From NCBI GenBank assembly GCA_902614975.1, contig CACMND010000005.1, forward strand, positions 34,765-98,764: a DNA stretch of 64,000 bases, written 5' to 3'. The translations under genes were made by a program, and so were the position numbers. Origin of the DNA: an uncultured Pelagibacteraceae bacterium. Lineage in GTDB: Bacteria > Pseudomonadota > Alphaproteobacteria > Pelagibacterales > Pelagibacteraceae. Positions 37,264 to 46,390 of this stretch are shown piece after piece. Numbering within the stretch: the stretch's first letter is position 1; every line of letters starts with the position of its first letter. The notes below the pieces were generated by a model, which was given only the letters and a program-made list of their open reading frames with translations, did not search any database and was not told where the DNA came from.

Positions 37264-38798
37264 AAATTAAGACTGCTTTAATTTCATTGTCAGATAAATC
37301 CAGTTTAAGGCCATTATTAAATTTACTAAAAAAATACAAAATAAAAATAATAAGCTCAGGTGGTACATACAAAAAAATTAAAAGTATGGGTTTTAAATGT
37401 TTAGAAGTATCTAAATTTACAAATTCAAAAGAGCTGCTAGATGGAAGAGTAAAAACATTACATCCAAAAATTCATTCTGGAATTTTGAATGTAAGGGAGA
37501 ATAAAAAACATCAAAAAGAAATGAAAATTAACAATTATGAAAATATAGATTTAGTTATTATAAATTTTTATCCGTTTGAAAGGGTTGTGTTAAGCAATTC
37601 TGACCATAAAAATGTAATTGAAAATATAGATATTGGAGGACCAACAATGGTTAGATCAGCTGCAAAAAATTATAATGATGTAGTTATCATAACTAATACA
37701 AGACAGTATGAAGATTTAGCTATTGAATTAGATAGAAATAAAGGATCTACGAATTTAAAATTTAGGGAAAAATTGGCCGAGGAAGCATTTATGGAAACCG
37801 CATATTATGAGTCAAAAATTTTTAATTATTTCAATGAAAAGTCAAAAAACCTTTTCCCAATTAAGAATATTTTTTCTGGAAAGTTAGTTGAGAAGACGAG
37901 GTATGGAGAAAACCCTCATCAAAAAGCGGCGATATACTCACAAAATAACAAACAGGAAATTATTCAAATCAGTGGAAAACAACTAAGTTACAACAACTAT
38001 AACGATCTTTATTCGGCTCTAAGTATATCCAAAACTTTGCCAAGAAATAAAGGTGTAGCAATAATTAAGCATGCTAATCCCTGTGGTGTTTCCATTAATC
38101 AAAACAAAATCAAATCTTTTAAAGAGGCTTTAGAAAGTGACCCAATTAGCGCCTATGGTGGTATTGTATCATGTAACTTTAAATTAAATATTAGTTTAGC
38201 TAAAGAGATTAATAAAATATTTTTTGAGGTAATAATTGCAAATGGATTTGATAAAAAATCAATCAAACTTTTAAAAAAGAAAAAAAATCTAAGGCTAATT
38301 GATTCTAGTAAAGTAGAAAAAAATTTTAAATTTAATTTTATAAATAAATTTAATTCTATTTTAGTTCAAGATCCAGATAATCAAAATTTTTCTAAGAAAG
38401 ATTTTAAAATTGTATCAAAATTAAAACCTACAAATAAAACCTTAAACAAACTTATTTTTGCATTTAATATATGCAGAAGTGTAAAATCGAATGCGATAGT
38501 CATTACAAAAGACTACAAGACAATAGGCATAGGTTCTGGTCAACCAAGTAGGTTAGATAGTTGCAAAATAGCAATTGATAAAATGAAAAAGTTTCAGAAA
38601 ATAAGCGATAGTGATGAAATCTTAGCGGCGTCTGATGCGTTTTTCCCGTTTGTTGATGGTATAGAAAAGTTGGTACAAGCAGGAATTTCAGCAGTCATTC
38701 AACCGTCGGGTTCAAAAAATGATAAAGAAATTATTAAATTTGCTAATCAAACAAATACTATTTTGGTATTTTCCAAAACAAGACACTTTAATCACTAA
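37239..38798 (+). CDS. purH: bifunctional AICAR transformylase / IMP cyclohydrolase
   Basis: 519 aa; ALISLSDKS, GRVKTLHPKIH, IDIGGPTMVRSAAKN, IKHANPCG, C-terminal RHFNH. Confidence 0.95.
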   Translation: MGIRKNTIKIKTALISLSDKSSLRPLLNLLKKYKIKIISSGGTYKKIKSMGFKCLEVSKFTNSKELLDGRVKTLHPKIHSGILNVRENKKHQKEMKINNYENIDLVIINFYPFERVVLSNSDHKNVIENIDIGGPTMVRSAAKNYNDVVIITNTRQYEDLAIELDRNKGSTNLKFREKLAEEAFMETAYYESKIFNYFNEKSKNLFPIKNIFSGKLVEKTRYGENPHQKAAIYSQNNKQEIIQISGKQLSYNNYNDLYSALSISKTLPRNKGVAIIKHANPCGVSINQNKIKSFKEALESDPISAYGGIVSCNFKLNISLAKEINKIFFEVIIANGFDKKSIKLLKKKKNLRLIDSSKVEKNFKFNFINKFNSILVQDPDNQNFSKKDFKIVSKLKPTNKTLNKLIFAFNICRSVKSNAIVITKDYKTIGIGSGQPSRLDSCKIAIDKMKKFQKISDSDEILAASDAFFPFVDGIEKLVQAGISAVIQPSGSKNDKEIIKFANQTNTILVFSKTRHFNH

Positions 38799-39137
38799 TC
38801 AATTTATCTTATCTATTTTAGCAGCTAAAATAAAATCACTCTCAGCAAGACCTTTAATTGCGTGTGTAAATATTTTAATTCTTGCATAGCCCCATCCAAA
38901 CCACAGATCGGGGTGATGTCCTTCTGTTTCAGCAATTTCTCCAACTTTATTCACAAATTCTTGACTTTGTAAGAAATCATCAAATTTAAAATTTTTTATC
39001 AAATGAAATCCATCGATTTTATCCTCTATAACTTCCCATCCATCAACTTGTTTTAAGTATTTATGAATTTCTTCTGTGTTAAATGGCGGGATGTTGCCTT
39101 CGCACGGGACACATTTTTTACTTGCTAGATCACTCAT
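38799..39137 (-). CDS. phhB: pterin-4-alpha-carbinolamine dehydratase
   Basis: 112 aa; ETEGHHPDL motif; stop abuts purH stop with zero spacer. Confidence 0.85.
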   Translation of the reverse strand: MSDLASKKCVPCEGNIPPFNTEEIHKYLKQVDGWEVIEDKIDGFHLIKNFKFDDFLQSQEFVNKVGEIAETEGHHPDLWFGWGYARIKIFTHAIKGLAESDFILAAKIDKIN

Positions 39138-39153
39138 AATATAATTCCTTTAA

Positions 39154-39228
39154 TGGAGCGGGCAATGGGACTTGAACCCACGACCTTCTCGTTGGCAACG
39201 AGACGCTCTACCACTGAGCTATGCCCGC
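39154..39228 (-). tRNA. tRNA-Gly (anticodon GCC), CCA encoded
   Basis: Reverse complement GCGGGCATAGCTCAGTGGTAGAGCGTCTCGTTGCCAACGAGAAGGTCGTGGGTTCAAGTCCCATTGCCCGCTCCA folds as a cloverleaf (7-bp acceptor, GTTCAAG T-loop, anticodon loop TTGCCAA). It explains the spurious + strand ORF 39153-39341. Confidence 0.95.
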
Positions 39229-39337
39229 CTATTCTATTAAATTTTAAAATTATTAGCTTTTTGAATATTAATCAAGTACCTACATATAAATTTATTACCC
39301 GTGTAATTAAAAACTTTAAGATAATTTTATATTATGT

Positions 39338-39943
39338 TTAATATTTTATTTTAAATATCAAGGAGTTATAAATATTGTCAAACTCATCCGCAGCATAAGA
39401 GTCTCCTGCAGATGTGGTACCACTTCCTCCTTTAACCTCTCCAAAATTTGCTCTTTTTAAAAGAACTTCATAGTTTCCTGACCCAAATCCTACCATTAGT
39501 TGATAACCAAACTGAAGTGTTTCATTATCACCATTAAATGTTGTACTTCCAGATTTATAACTAGTGTCAACCATTGTGTATCCGATTCCTATACCTCCAC
39601 CTAAAATACCATAGAATTCTCCATCTCCAGGTGTGGCCATGAAATTTAACATTGATGTCAATGTAGATACATCAACATTAACCCCAGTTGTTAGGTTTTG
39701 GGTAACTTCAGTATAGTAACTTACTTCACCCTCGATTGCTGTACCATCTGATCTCTTGCCATTAAAATAACCTATAACTAGTCCATTTTCTTCAGGATCT
39801 TTAAAATATGTACTGCTTGATGAATCGTGTGGATCTTCAGCAATGTGTTTTGTATATCCTACAAGAAAACCTGAGTAATCTTCTGCTTTTAGATTTCCTA
39901 AAAACAAAATAGATATTAATAAGTATAAGAAGAAAAGCCTCAT
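39338..39943 (-). CDS. outer-membrane beta-barrel protein (OmpA/OmpW-like small porin fold)
   Basis: 201 aa; signal peptide ending LKA-ED, Gly/Thr/Tyr-rich alternating strands, C-terminal IFKIKY aromatic terminus. Confidence 0.6.
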   Translation of the reverse strand: MRLFFLYLLISILFLGNLKAEDYSGFLVGYTKHIAEDPHDSSSSTYFKDPEENGLVIGYFNGKRSDGTAIEGEVSYYTEVTQNLTTGVNVDVSTLTSMLNFMATPGDGEFYGILGGGIGIGYTMVDTSYKSGSTTFNGDNETLQFGYQLMVGFGSGNYEVLLKRANFGEVKGGSGTTSAGDSYAADEFDNIYNSLIFKIKY

Positions 39944-40012
39944 TTTTTATAATAGCAAAAGATGCACTTTTTGACAAGTTGTAACTAGAAATAGAATTAC
40001 TATAATCAATTT

Positions 40013-40654
40013 ATGAAACTCAATGAACTACCAACAAAAATACCTGTATTCCCATTGTCCAATTTTATAATGTTTCCCGGTACAACTGTTCCGTTGAATA
40101 TTTTCGAGCCAAGATACTTACAAATGGTAAATGACAGTATGAAACAACACAGAATGATTGGAATGATACAACCAAAAAAAACAGGTTCTTTAAAAAAACC
40201 AGACTTATATGATATTGGATGTATTGGAAAAATTACAAGCTTCAATGAAACAGAAGACGGTAGAATACTTATTATTTTAAACGGGATTTGTAGGTACAAA
40301 ATTAACTCAGAGTTAGATACTGACAAAATGTACCGTGAATGCAATGTTCAATATGATCATTTTTCAAAAGATATAATGCAAAAAAGTAACGAAGTTAACT
40401 TTTCAGACTTAAGCTTAATTATGAAGAACATGAGAACATTTTTCAAAAAACAAGGATATATTGTGAACTTAAAAGATTTAGAAAAGAAAGATCTTAGCCA
40501 AACTCTTAACGATCTATCAATGGCATCACCTTTCTCATTAGAAGAAAAGCAAATACTATTAGAAAGTCTTGATATAAATATAAGAAAAGAAAAAATGGAA
40601 CAAATATTAAATAATTATATTAAAGACGAATTTGAAAATACTACTCTTCAGTAA
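40013..40654 (+). CDS. LON-protease N-terminal substrate-binding domain protein
   Basis: 213 aa; IPVFPLSNFIMFPGTTVPLNIFEPRY opening typical of Lon N-domain-only proteins. Confidence 0.7.
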   Translation: MKLNELPTKIPVFPLSNFIMFPGTTVPLNIFEPRYLQMVNDSMKQHRMIGMIQPKKTGSLKKPDLYDIGCIGKITSFNETEDGRILIILNGICRYKINSELDTDKMYRECNVQYDHFSKDIMQKSNEVNFSDLSLIMKNMRTFFKKQGYIVNLKDLEKKDLSQTLNDLSMASPFSLEEKQILLESLDINIRKEKMEQILNNYIKDEFENTTLQ

Positions 40655-40655
40655 T

Positions 40656-41738
40656 TTATAAGTTTAATCCTTTATCTGATAAAATATTAGAATATTTCTT
40701 AAAAATAGAATTATTATTTAAAACGTTAAAAACTGGTTTTGAAATTGAGTTGTTAATATTGTTATCTAATCTAAAAAATTCATATATTCCATCTATTGCT
40801 TTTCCATAGAGATAATTAAGGTGTTTTGTAGAATTCTGGAAATCTTCAGCAACTGAGATATCTATTGGAAGGCCTAGGGATAATCTATCATTAACTATTT
40901 TTGATATAATTTTAATATCTCTAATTGTCATATTAAATCCTTGGCCTGCAAGGGGATGTATACGATGTATTAAATCGCCAAAAGCTAGGATATTATTATA
41001 AGTATAATTCCTAAGCATTTCAAAACTCAGACTAAACTTTTCAATTTTACTAATTTTAGTAAATGAATAAAAAGAATTATATTTTTTGAATATATCGACT
41101 ATTTTTTCATCATCTATTTTCATCCCCTTATAAGAAAAAACTATTGAAGTTTTAGTACCAGACAATGGCAGGAATGCCAAAGGTCCAAATTTTGTAAAAA
41201 CTTGAATAGCTATATTATTATCTTTACGTCGATGATTTATTAGAAATGTATATGCTCTACTTGTGTAATCTTTTTTTATTTTATTTGTAAAAAATTTATT
41301 TGAAATGAAATTTTTGTTTTCACTGTTTATTACTAAATCATAAATTTTAGTTGTTTTTAAAATGTTTTGACTAACAGTGTCCGAATAAAAAAATTTTATA
41401 AATTTAGATTTTTTTACTTTTTTTGAAAAAATTTCGTTTAATTCAGAATAGGATATTAAATTAAAAACTTCTTTATTTTTTTTATTAAAATTAATTTTTT
41501 CTTTAGATCGAGAGTCTTCAGTAAAAATTTTAATTTCTTTACTTTTCCAATGTTTAATATTCGATTTTGTTAAAGATTTTAAATAATCAAAATTTTCACT
41601 TGATAGAGCTATTGTTCTATTTGTTTTTACCTTTTGAATTTTTTTATTTAAATATATGTCAACATTGAGTTTTTTTTCAGAAAAAAGGTAAGCAAGAATT
41701 AAATTTGTTAAATTTTGGCCTATAAGACAAATTTTCAT
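40656..41738 (-). CDS. UbiH/UbiF/Coq6-family flavin monooxygenase homologue with degenerate N-terminal dinucleotide motif
   Basis: 360 aa; conserved C-terminal FGDLIHRIHPLAGQGFNMTIRD motif; the N-terminus reads MKICLIGQNLTNL instead of GxGxxG. Confidence 0.6.
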   Translation of the reverse strand: MKICLIGQNLTNLILAYLFSEKKLNVDIYLNKKIQKVKTNRTIALSSENFDYLKSLTKSNIKHWKSKEIKIFTEDSRSKEKINFNKKNKEVFNLISYSELNEIFSKKVKKSKFIKFFYSDTVSQNILKTTKIYDLVINSENKNFISNKFFTNKIKKDYTSRAYTFLINHRRKDNNIAIQVFTKFGPLAFLPLSGTKTSIVFSYKGMKIDDEKIVDIFKKYNSFYSFTKISKIEKFSLSFEMLRNYTYNNILAFGDLIHRIHPLAGQGFNMTIRDIKIISKIVNDRLSLGLPIDISVAEDFQNSTKHLNYLYGKAIDGIYEFFRLDNNINNSISKPVFNVLNNNSIFKKYSNILSDKGLNL

Positions 41739-41799
41739 AACAAAATAATTTTAACAATAAAAATTAAATGATACAAAGTGACAAATGCAGTTTTGATTC

Positions 41800-43878
41800 A
41801 TGATATTTAAAAATTATATCAATAAAATAGGCGATTTTATAATAAAGAGATTGGCAGAACTGATAGGTATTTTTCTAATAGTTACTTCAATATTACTTTT
41901 TATATCTCTAATTAGCTATTCACCAGAAGATCCAAATTTTATATTTACAGAAAATCAGGAAATAAAAAATTTTCTTGGTTTTAGAGGAAGCTTTGTTGCT
42001 GATATATTTTTTCAGTCAATTGGTATAATATCACTTCTAATTCCTTTTTCTCTTCTTTTCACTGGGCTATCGATAACAATTAATAAAAAATTAATTATTA
42101 TTATAGAAAATATTTTTTTCGTAATTCTTTACATTATTGTTGCAACCTTTTTCTTTGGTATTTTTCATAAAGAGACCTATTGGTTAATAATAAATGGAAA
42201 CAATGGTTTTGTAGGTGATTTAATGTCAGAAACTATAATTGCAGAGTTTTTGACAATTAATAAAACTATAAGTTATTATATATTAATATTTTTTATTTTA
42301 TTATTTTTTCTTTTAAGCAGTAATTTTAAAATTTCGCATATTTTAAGTTTTTTTACATTAATGAAAAAATTGTTTTTTTCAAAGAAAACCAATTCTATTG
42401 TTCAAGAAAATATACTTAAAGAAAGTTCTATAGTTGAAAATGCTAAAGAGCCTCCAGTTCAAGAAGATTTATTTGCTACCAAAAAATCAATTTTAAATGA
42501 TGCGAAAATCAAATTACCTTTGATTGATTTTTTAAAAAAACCAGAAAAGATTTTAAATAATAAAGAGGATGTTAAAATAAATGCTGAAGGATTAGAAAAA
42601 ATACTTCTTGATTTTGGAGTGGAGGGAAGCATAAAAAAAATAAGTCATGGACCTGTTGTCTCTTTGAATGAATTTGAGCCTGCAGCTGGGGTTAAAGTTT
42701 CTAAGATTATTAATTTAGAAGAAGACATTGCTAGAAACACAAGTTCAGAATCTGCAAGGATAGCTACAATACCTGGAAGTAATACTGTTGGTATTGAACT
42801 GCCCAAGGTATCAAGAGAAAATGTTTTTTTAAGAGAAATAATTTCAGATAAGAATTTTAAAAAAAGAGATATAAAATTACCAATTGCCCTTGGTAAAAGT
42901 ATATCTGGAGAGCCTATAACTAGCGATTTAAGTTTGATGCCTCATTTATTAATAGCCGGAACTACTGGCTCGGGAAAATCAGTATGTATAAATACAATTA
43001 TCTTATCACTAATTTACAAACATACCCCAGATATCTGCAAGTTCATTTTGATCGATCCAAAAATGTTAGAACTTTCAACTTATGAAGGGATTCCACATTT
43101 ATTATGTCCGGTTATTACTGAAGCAAAAAAAGCAGCATCTGTTTTGGGTTGGGTAGTTAAAGAAATGGAAAGCAGATACAGGTTGATGACAAAAGTGGGG
43201 GTAAGGAACATTGATGGTTATAATGAAAAGCACAAAGTTAAGATGCCTTATATTGTTGTGATTGTTGATGAAATGTCAGATCTTATGCTGGTCGCTGGTA
43301 AAGAGATTGAAAACTACATTCAAAAGTTATCACAAATGGCCAGAGCAGCTGGAATTCATATAATAATGGCAACACAAAGACCAAGTGTGGATGTAATAAC
43401 TGGAACGATAAAAGCTAATTTTCCTACTCGTATTTCGTTTCAAGTAACTTCCAAAATTGACAGTAGGACAATTTTAGGTGAACAAGGAGCTGAACAACTT
43501 TTAGGTAAAGGTGACATGTTATATATGTCATCAGCAAACAGAATAACAAGAATACATGCACCTTATGTATCTGAAATAGAGATAGATAAAGTAAATAACT
43601 TCCTGAGAAACCAAGCAGAGCCAGATTATGTTGATGAGATTTTGGATTTTGTTGACGAGAAGGAAATTGGTGAAAAAAATAAAGAAAATTCTGATACTGA
43701 TGAATTATACAATGAAGCATTAGAAATAATTAAATCAGAAAGAAAAGCATCTACCTCATTTTTGCAAAGAAAATTGCAAATTGGATACAACAGAGCTGCA
43801 AGAATTATTGATCAAATGGAAGCAAATGGTGAGGTTAGTAAGGCTAACCATGTTGGAAAAAGAGAAGTTTTAAAATAG
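41800..43878 (+). CDS. ftsK: DNA translocase FtsK
   Basis: 692 aa; N-terminal TM helices, motor domain Walker A AGTTGSGKS, ATQRPSVDVITG, C-terminal winged-helix gamma domain (SFLQRKLQIGYNRAARIIDQME). Confidence 0.95.
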   Translation: MIFKNYINKIGDFIIKRLAELIGIFLIVTSILLFISLISYSPEDPNFIFTENQEIKNFLGFRGSFVADIFFQSIGIISLLIPFSLLFTGLSITINKKLIIIIENIFFVILYIIVATFFFGIFHKETYWLIINGNNGFVGDLMSETIIAEFLTINKTISYYILIFFILLFFLLSSNFKISHILSFFTLMKKLFFSKKTNSIVQENILKESSIVENAKEPPVQEDLFATKKSILNDAKIKLPLIDFLKKPEKILNNKEDVKINAEGLEKILLDFGVEGSIKKISHGPVVSLNEFEPAAGVKVSKIINLEEDIARNTSSESARIATIPGSNTVGIELPKVSRENVFLREIISDKNFKKRDIKLPIALGKSISGEPITSDLSLMPHLLIAGTTGSGKSVCINTIILSLIYKHTPDICKFILIDPKMLELSTYEGIPHLLCPVITEAKKAASVLGWVVKEMESRYRLMTKVGVRNIDGYNEKHKVKMPYIVVIVDEMSDLMLVAGKEIENYIQKLSQMARAAGIHIIMATQRPSVDVITGTIKANFPTRISFQVTSKIDSRTILGEQGAEQLLGKGDMLYMSSANRITRIHAPYVSEIEIDKVNNFLRNQAEPDYVDEILDFVDEKEIGEKNKENSDTDELYNEALEIIKSERKASTSFLQRKLQIGYNRAARIIDQMEANGEVSKANHVGKREVLK

Positions 43879-44432
43879 TGAAATATATAATTTTTATTTT
43901 AATATTCTTTTATCCATTAAATATTTTAGCATCATCAAAGCAACTAATAAAAAATAAATTAGAAGAGACAGATAATATATCTTTTAAATTTATTCAAAAA
44001 ATTGGAAAAAAAACTGAACAAGGAAAATGTATAATTTCATACTCAAAAAAAATTTTATGTAAGTATGATGATATATATAAAAAAATTTTAGTATCTAACG
44101 GGAGATCACTCGTGATAAATAGTAAAAAAATTAAAAATTATTTAAGATACCAACTTAAAGACACTCCTCTTGATTTAATTCTAGATAAAAAATTTCTACT
44201 AGATAAACTAGATCAGGTGGAAACAATTGAAGAGAACGATGAAACTTTCTCTTTTAAAATTGTACATAACAATAATTTATTAAATATTTTTTTTGATAAA
44301 ATTAGTTATGAAATCACAGGATGGACCACAACTGACATTTATCTTAACAAAGTTGAAACCAAGTTATCTAATGTAGAAACAAATATAATGGTTGATGAAA
44401 AAATATTTAGAGTTCAAAATTATATCAACTAA
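43878..44432 (+). CDS. lolA: outer-membrane lipoprotein carrier protein LolA
   Basis: 184 aa secreted protein directly after ftsK (conserved pairing); GTG start overlaps the ftsK TAG (TAGTG). Confidence 0.65.
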   Translation: MKYIIFILIFFYPLNILASSKQLIKNKLEETDNISFKFIQKIGKKTEQGKCIISYSKKILCKYDDIYKKILVSNGRSLVINSKKIKNYLRYQLKDTPLDLILDKKFLLDKLDQVETIEENDETFSFKIVHNNNLLNIFFDKISYEITGWTTTDIYLNKVETKLSNVETNIMVDEKIFRVQNYIN

Positions 44433-44934
44433 TATCTAAATTAATACTTTCAGATTTAAAAATTTTCATACCTCTTCCTAAATAATTTTTTAGAGCATGT
44501 TTGTGATCTAAAGAACAAGTGTGCAACCATACTTTTTTTGTCTTTTTTCTAAATCCTAACTTCAGAGCTTCTGATAAGAGATATTTTCCATAATTTTTCC
44601 CTATGTATTGATCTAAAATTCCAAAATAAGCGATTTCACATTTATTGGTCTCAGGATGGAATAATAGCTCAAAAAAACCAATCAAATCATCATTTTCTCT
44701 CAATATATAAGTTTCTAAATTTGAATTGTTTGTATAAGCCATCCATTTTGCATCATTCCAGGCTAATCGATCAATCCAGCGATAGCTTTTACCAATTTGT
44801 TTATAAAAAAATTTATTTATTTGAAAATCTGGAGGATTTTTGATTTCAATTTTACAATTAGTCTTAGGCTGAGATGAATTAATTTCATCGGGAGAATTAA
44901 TTTCCAAATACTTTCTGTCAACTTTGGTTATCAC
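44425..44934 (-). CDS. GNAT family N-acetyltransferase
   Basis: 169 aa; acetyl-CoA binding-like segment QYIGKNYGKYLLSEAL (Q/RxxGxG/A-like). Confidence 0.6.
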   Translation of the reverse strand: MITKVDRKYLEINSPDEINSSQPKTNCKIEIKNPPDFQINKFFYKQIGKSYRWIDRLAWNDAKWMAYTNNSNLETYILRENDDLIGFFELLFHPETNKCEIAYFGILDQYIGKNYGKYLLSEALKLGFRKKTKKVWLHTCSLDHKHALKNYLGRGMKIFKSESINLDIS

Positions 44935-45296
44935 GAAACCATTTTTCCAACTTTTTCACCACCAAATAAATGAAAATGTAAGTGTGGCACTTCTTGGCCA
45001 CCATAATCACTAATATTGGCAAGAGCCCTATACCCTTTACCATCAATCGATGAAATTCCTAATTTTTTCGAAACTGTTGTTATTCCTTTCATTAGACCTA
45101 CTATTTCATCATTTGAAGCATTTGAATTGAAATCATCTAAATCAATATATTTTCCTTTTGGAATTACTAATGCATGTATTTTTTTTTGAGGATTAATATC
45201 ATAAAAAGATAATATAAAGTCATCTTCATAGATTTTATTACAAGGAATTTCTCCTCTCAAGATTTTTGCAAAAATATTGTTATCATTATATTTCAT
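44931..45296 (-). CDS. HIT (histidine triad) family protein
   Basis: 121 aa; NIFAKILRGEIPC, HALVIPK, histidine triad HLHFHLFGG. Confidence 0.9.
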   Translation of the reverse strand: MKYNDNNIFAKILRGEIPCNKIYEDDFILSFYDINPQKKIHALVIPKGKYIDLDDFNSNASNDEIVGLMKGITTVSKKLGISSIDGKGYRALANISDYGGQEVPHLHFHLFGGEKVGKMVS

Positions 45297-45314
45297 AAAA
45301 CTATTTTTAATTTT

Positions 45315-45791
45315 CTAATCAGACCACTTTACTTCATCATAAACAAGTTCATTACTGTCTATATACGTTGAAAATGTACAGTAACCCCCAGATTTACTCA
45401 ATATATAAGTTCTACCTTCTTTGCCATAATTACAACAAGCACCACCCCAGGCTTGATTATCCTGATCTTTAGATTTTGCAACAGAATCTGCATAAGGACT
45501 TTTAATTTCTTTAAAATGATGCTGAAAAGCTGGACAATCAAACGCTAAATTTTTTTGAGTAAAATTTTTGGATGCCCCTCCGTTAATTATTCTATTTATG
45601 CTTCCATTAATTTCGTATTCTACAACTAAAGTTGTAAACTGTTTCACAATTAACTTATGATTTTGTTTAGCAACATTTTTTTTCGCACCAGATGTGTAAC
45701 CACTATAAGCAACTACCCCTACCGCAGCTAATATACCTATGATGGCAACAACTACTAAGAGTTCAATTAATGTAAAACCTCTAGATTGCAC
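45315..45791 (-). CDS. type IV pilin / pseudopilin (prepilin N-terminal methylation domain), copy B
   Basis: 158 aa; leader (GTG)MQSRG|FTLIELLVVVAIIGILAAVGVVAYSGY, Cys-containing divergent C-terminal domain. Confidence 0.85.
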   Translation of the reverse strand: MQSRGFTLIELLVVVAIIGILAAVGVVAYSGYTSGAKKNVAKQNHKLIVKQFTTLVVEYEINGSINRIINGGASKNFTQKNLAFDCPAFQHHFKEIKSPYADSVAKSKDQDNQAWGGACCNYGKEGRTYILSKSGGYCTFSTYIDSNELVYDEVKWSD

Positions 45792-45793
45792 AA

Positions 45794-46297
45794 TTATTTT
45801 AAACTTACATCTATATCATTGCTGATAGAGTCATCTGATCCACAACCTTCTTTAAAACAAGCTCTCAATTGTAACTTTGTTCCATTGGTGCTTATGCTTA
45901 CTTGACCAGGGGTGAAGCCTGTTCGAGATCTAATGCATGGAAGAGAAGTATCATACGGATTTCGATATGTTTTTAACACACCTTCATCTATTCCTGGCGT
46001 GACCGAACCTCTTAAAGATCTTACATTAGCAAGAGCCTGCATTATATTAAATGCCCCTGTTGCCGTATTATAACCTGAGCAACTTAATTCTCCGTCCATT
46101 ACATTTGAATTTCCAAGCTGACAAAGTAATAATTCTGTTTCAATGTATTTAACCACAGAAGTATAACAGCTTCTAGAGGCTGAAGCTTTTGCGCCACTTG
46201 TATAACCGCTATAAGCAACAACTCCAACTGCAGCTAAGATACCTATTATTGCTACTACAACAAGCAATTCTATTAAAGTGAAACCATTGCGCTTCAT
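45794..46297 (-). CDS. type IV pilin (prepilin N-terminal methylation domain), copy A
   Basis: 167 aa; leader MKRNG|FTLIELLVVVAIIGILAAVGVVAYSGY, Cys-rich divergent C-terminal domain. Confidence 0.85.
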   Translation of the reverse strand: MKRNGFTLIELLVVVAIIGILAAVGVVAYSGYTSGAKASASRSCYTSVVKYIETELLLCQLGNSNVMDGELSCSGYNTATGAFNIMQALANVRSLRGSVTPGIDEGVLKTYRNPYDTSLPCIRSRTGFTPGQVSISTNGTKLQLRACFKEGCGSDDSISNDIDVSLK

Positions 46298-46390
46298 TCT
46301 GAAAGTATATTCTATTAAATTTTTTAAAATTTTGCATTGTTAAAATGTATGCAACTAATAAGATCAATTTTTTAAAAAAAGAGAGGGAAA

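Noticed and set aside
39153-39341. 62-aa + strand ORF (MERAMGLEPTTFSLATRRSTTELCPP...)
   Set aside because: It is the antisense reading of the tRNA-Gly(GCC) gene at 39154-39228. The peptide reflects tRNA stem sequence, not a protein.
39154-39943. tRNA-Gly as a possible integration hot spot for a genomic island
   Set aside because: No integrase, no direct repeat of the tRNA 3' end, and no phage or plasmid genes lie nearby. The flanking genes (phhB, small OMP, Lon-N protein) are ordinary, and the spacers are tiny.
39970-40012. sigma70 promoter TTGACA ... TATAAT upstream of the Lon N-domain gene
   Set aside because: The spacer between TTGACA and TATAAT is 24 nt, and 15 nt to an alternative TAGAAT. 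Both fall outside the 16-19 nt functional range, so there is no supportable call.
40006-40344. 112-aa minus-strand ORF overlapping the Lon N-domain gene. The same applies to other antisense ORFs in the track: 585-788, 5774-5989, 7438-7635, 10284-10505, 11144-11365, 11738-12034, 14334-14534, 16797-17021, 17217-17561, 18028-18288, 20614-20838, 26844-27086, 27407-27622, 28013-28255, 29419-29640, 31814-32011, 33379-33672, 43424-43720, 48317-48586, 51235-51673, 52474-52671, 54696-55244, 56322-56540, 58364-58579, 59158-59442, 60761-60943, 61588-61770 and 62338-62535.
   Set aside because: Each lies entirely inside, and antisense or out of frame to, a long ORF with clear family motifs. Their sequences are low-complexity (Ile/Phe/Ser/Leu-rich) as expected from antisense AT-rich coding DNA, and none has start context or motifs.
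46298-46390. sigma54 (GG-N10-GC) promoter for the pilin genes
   Set aside because: No TGGCAC-N5-TTGC-like element is present on the minus strand. Only the TTGCAT/ATGCAA inverted repeat was seen, and that is reported separately at low interest.
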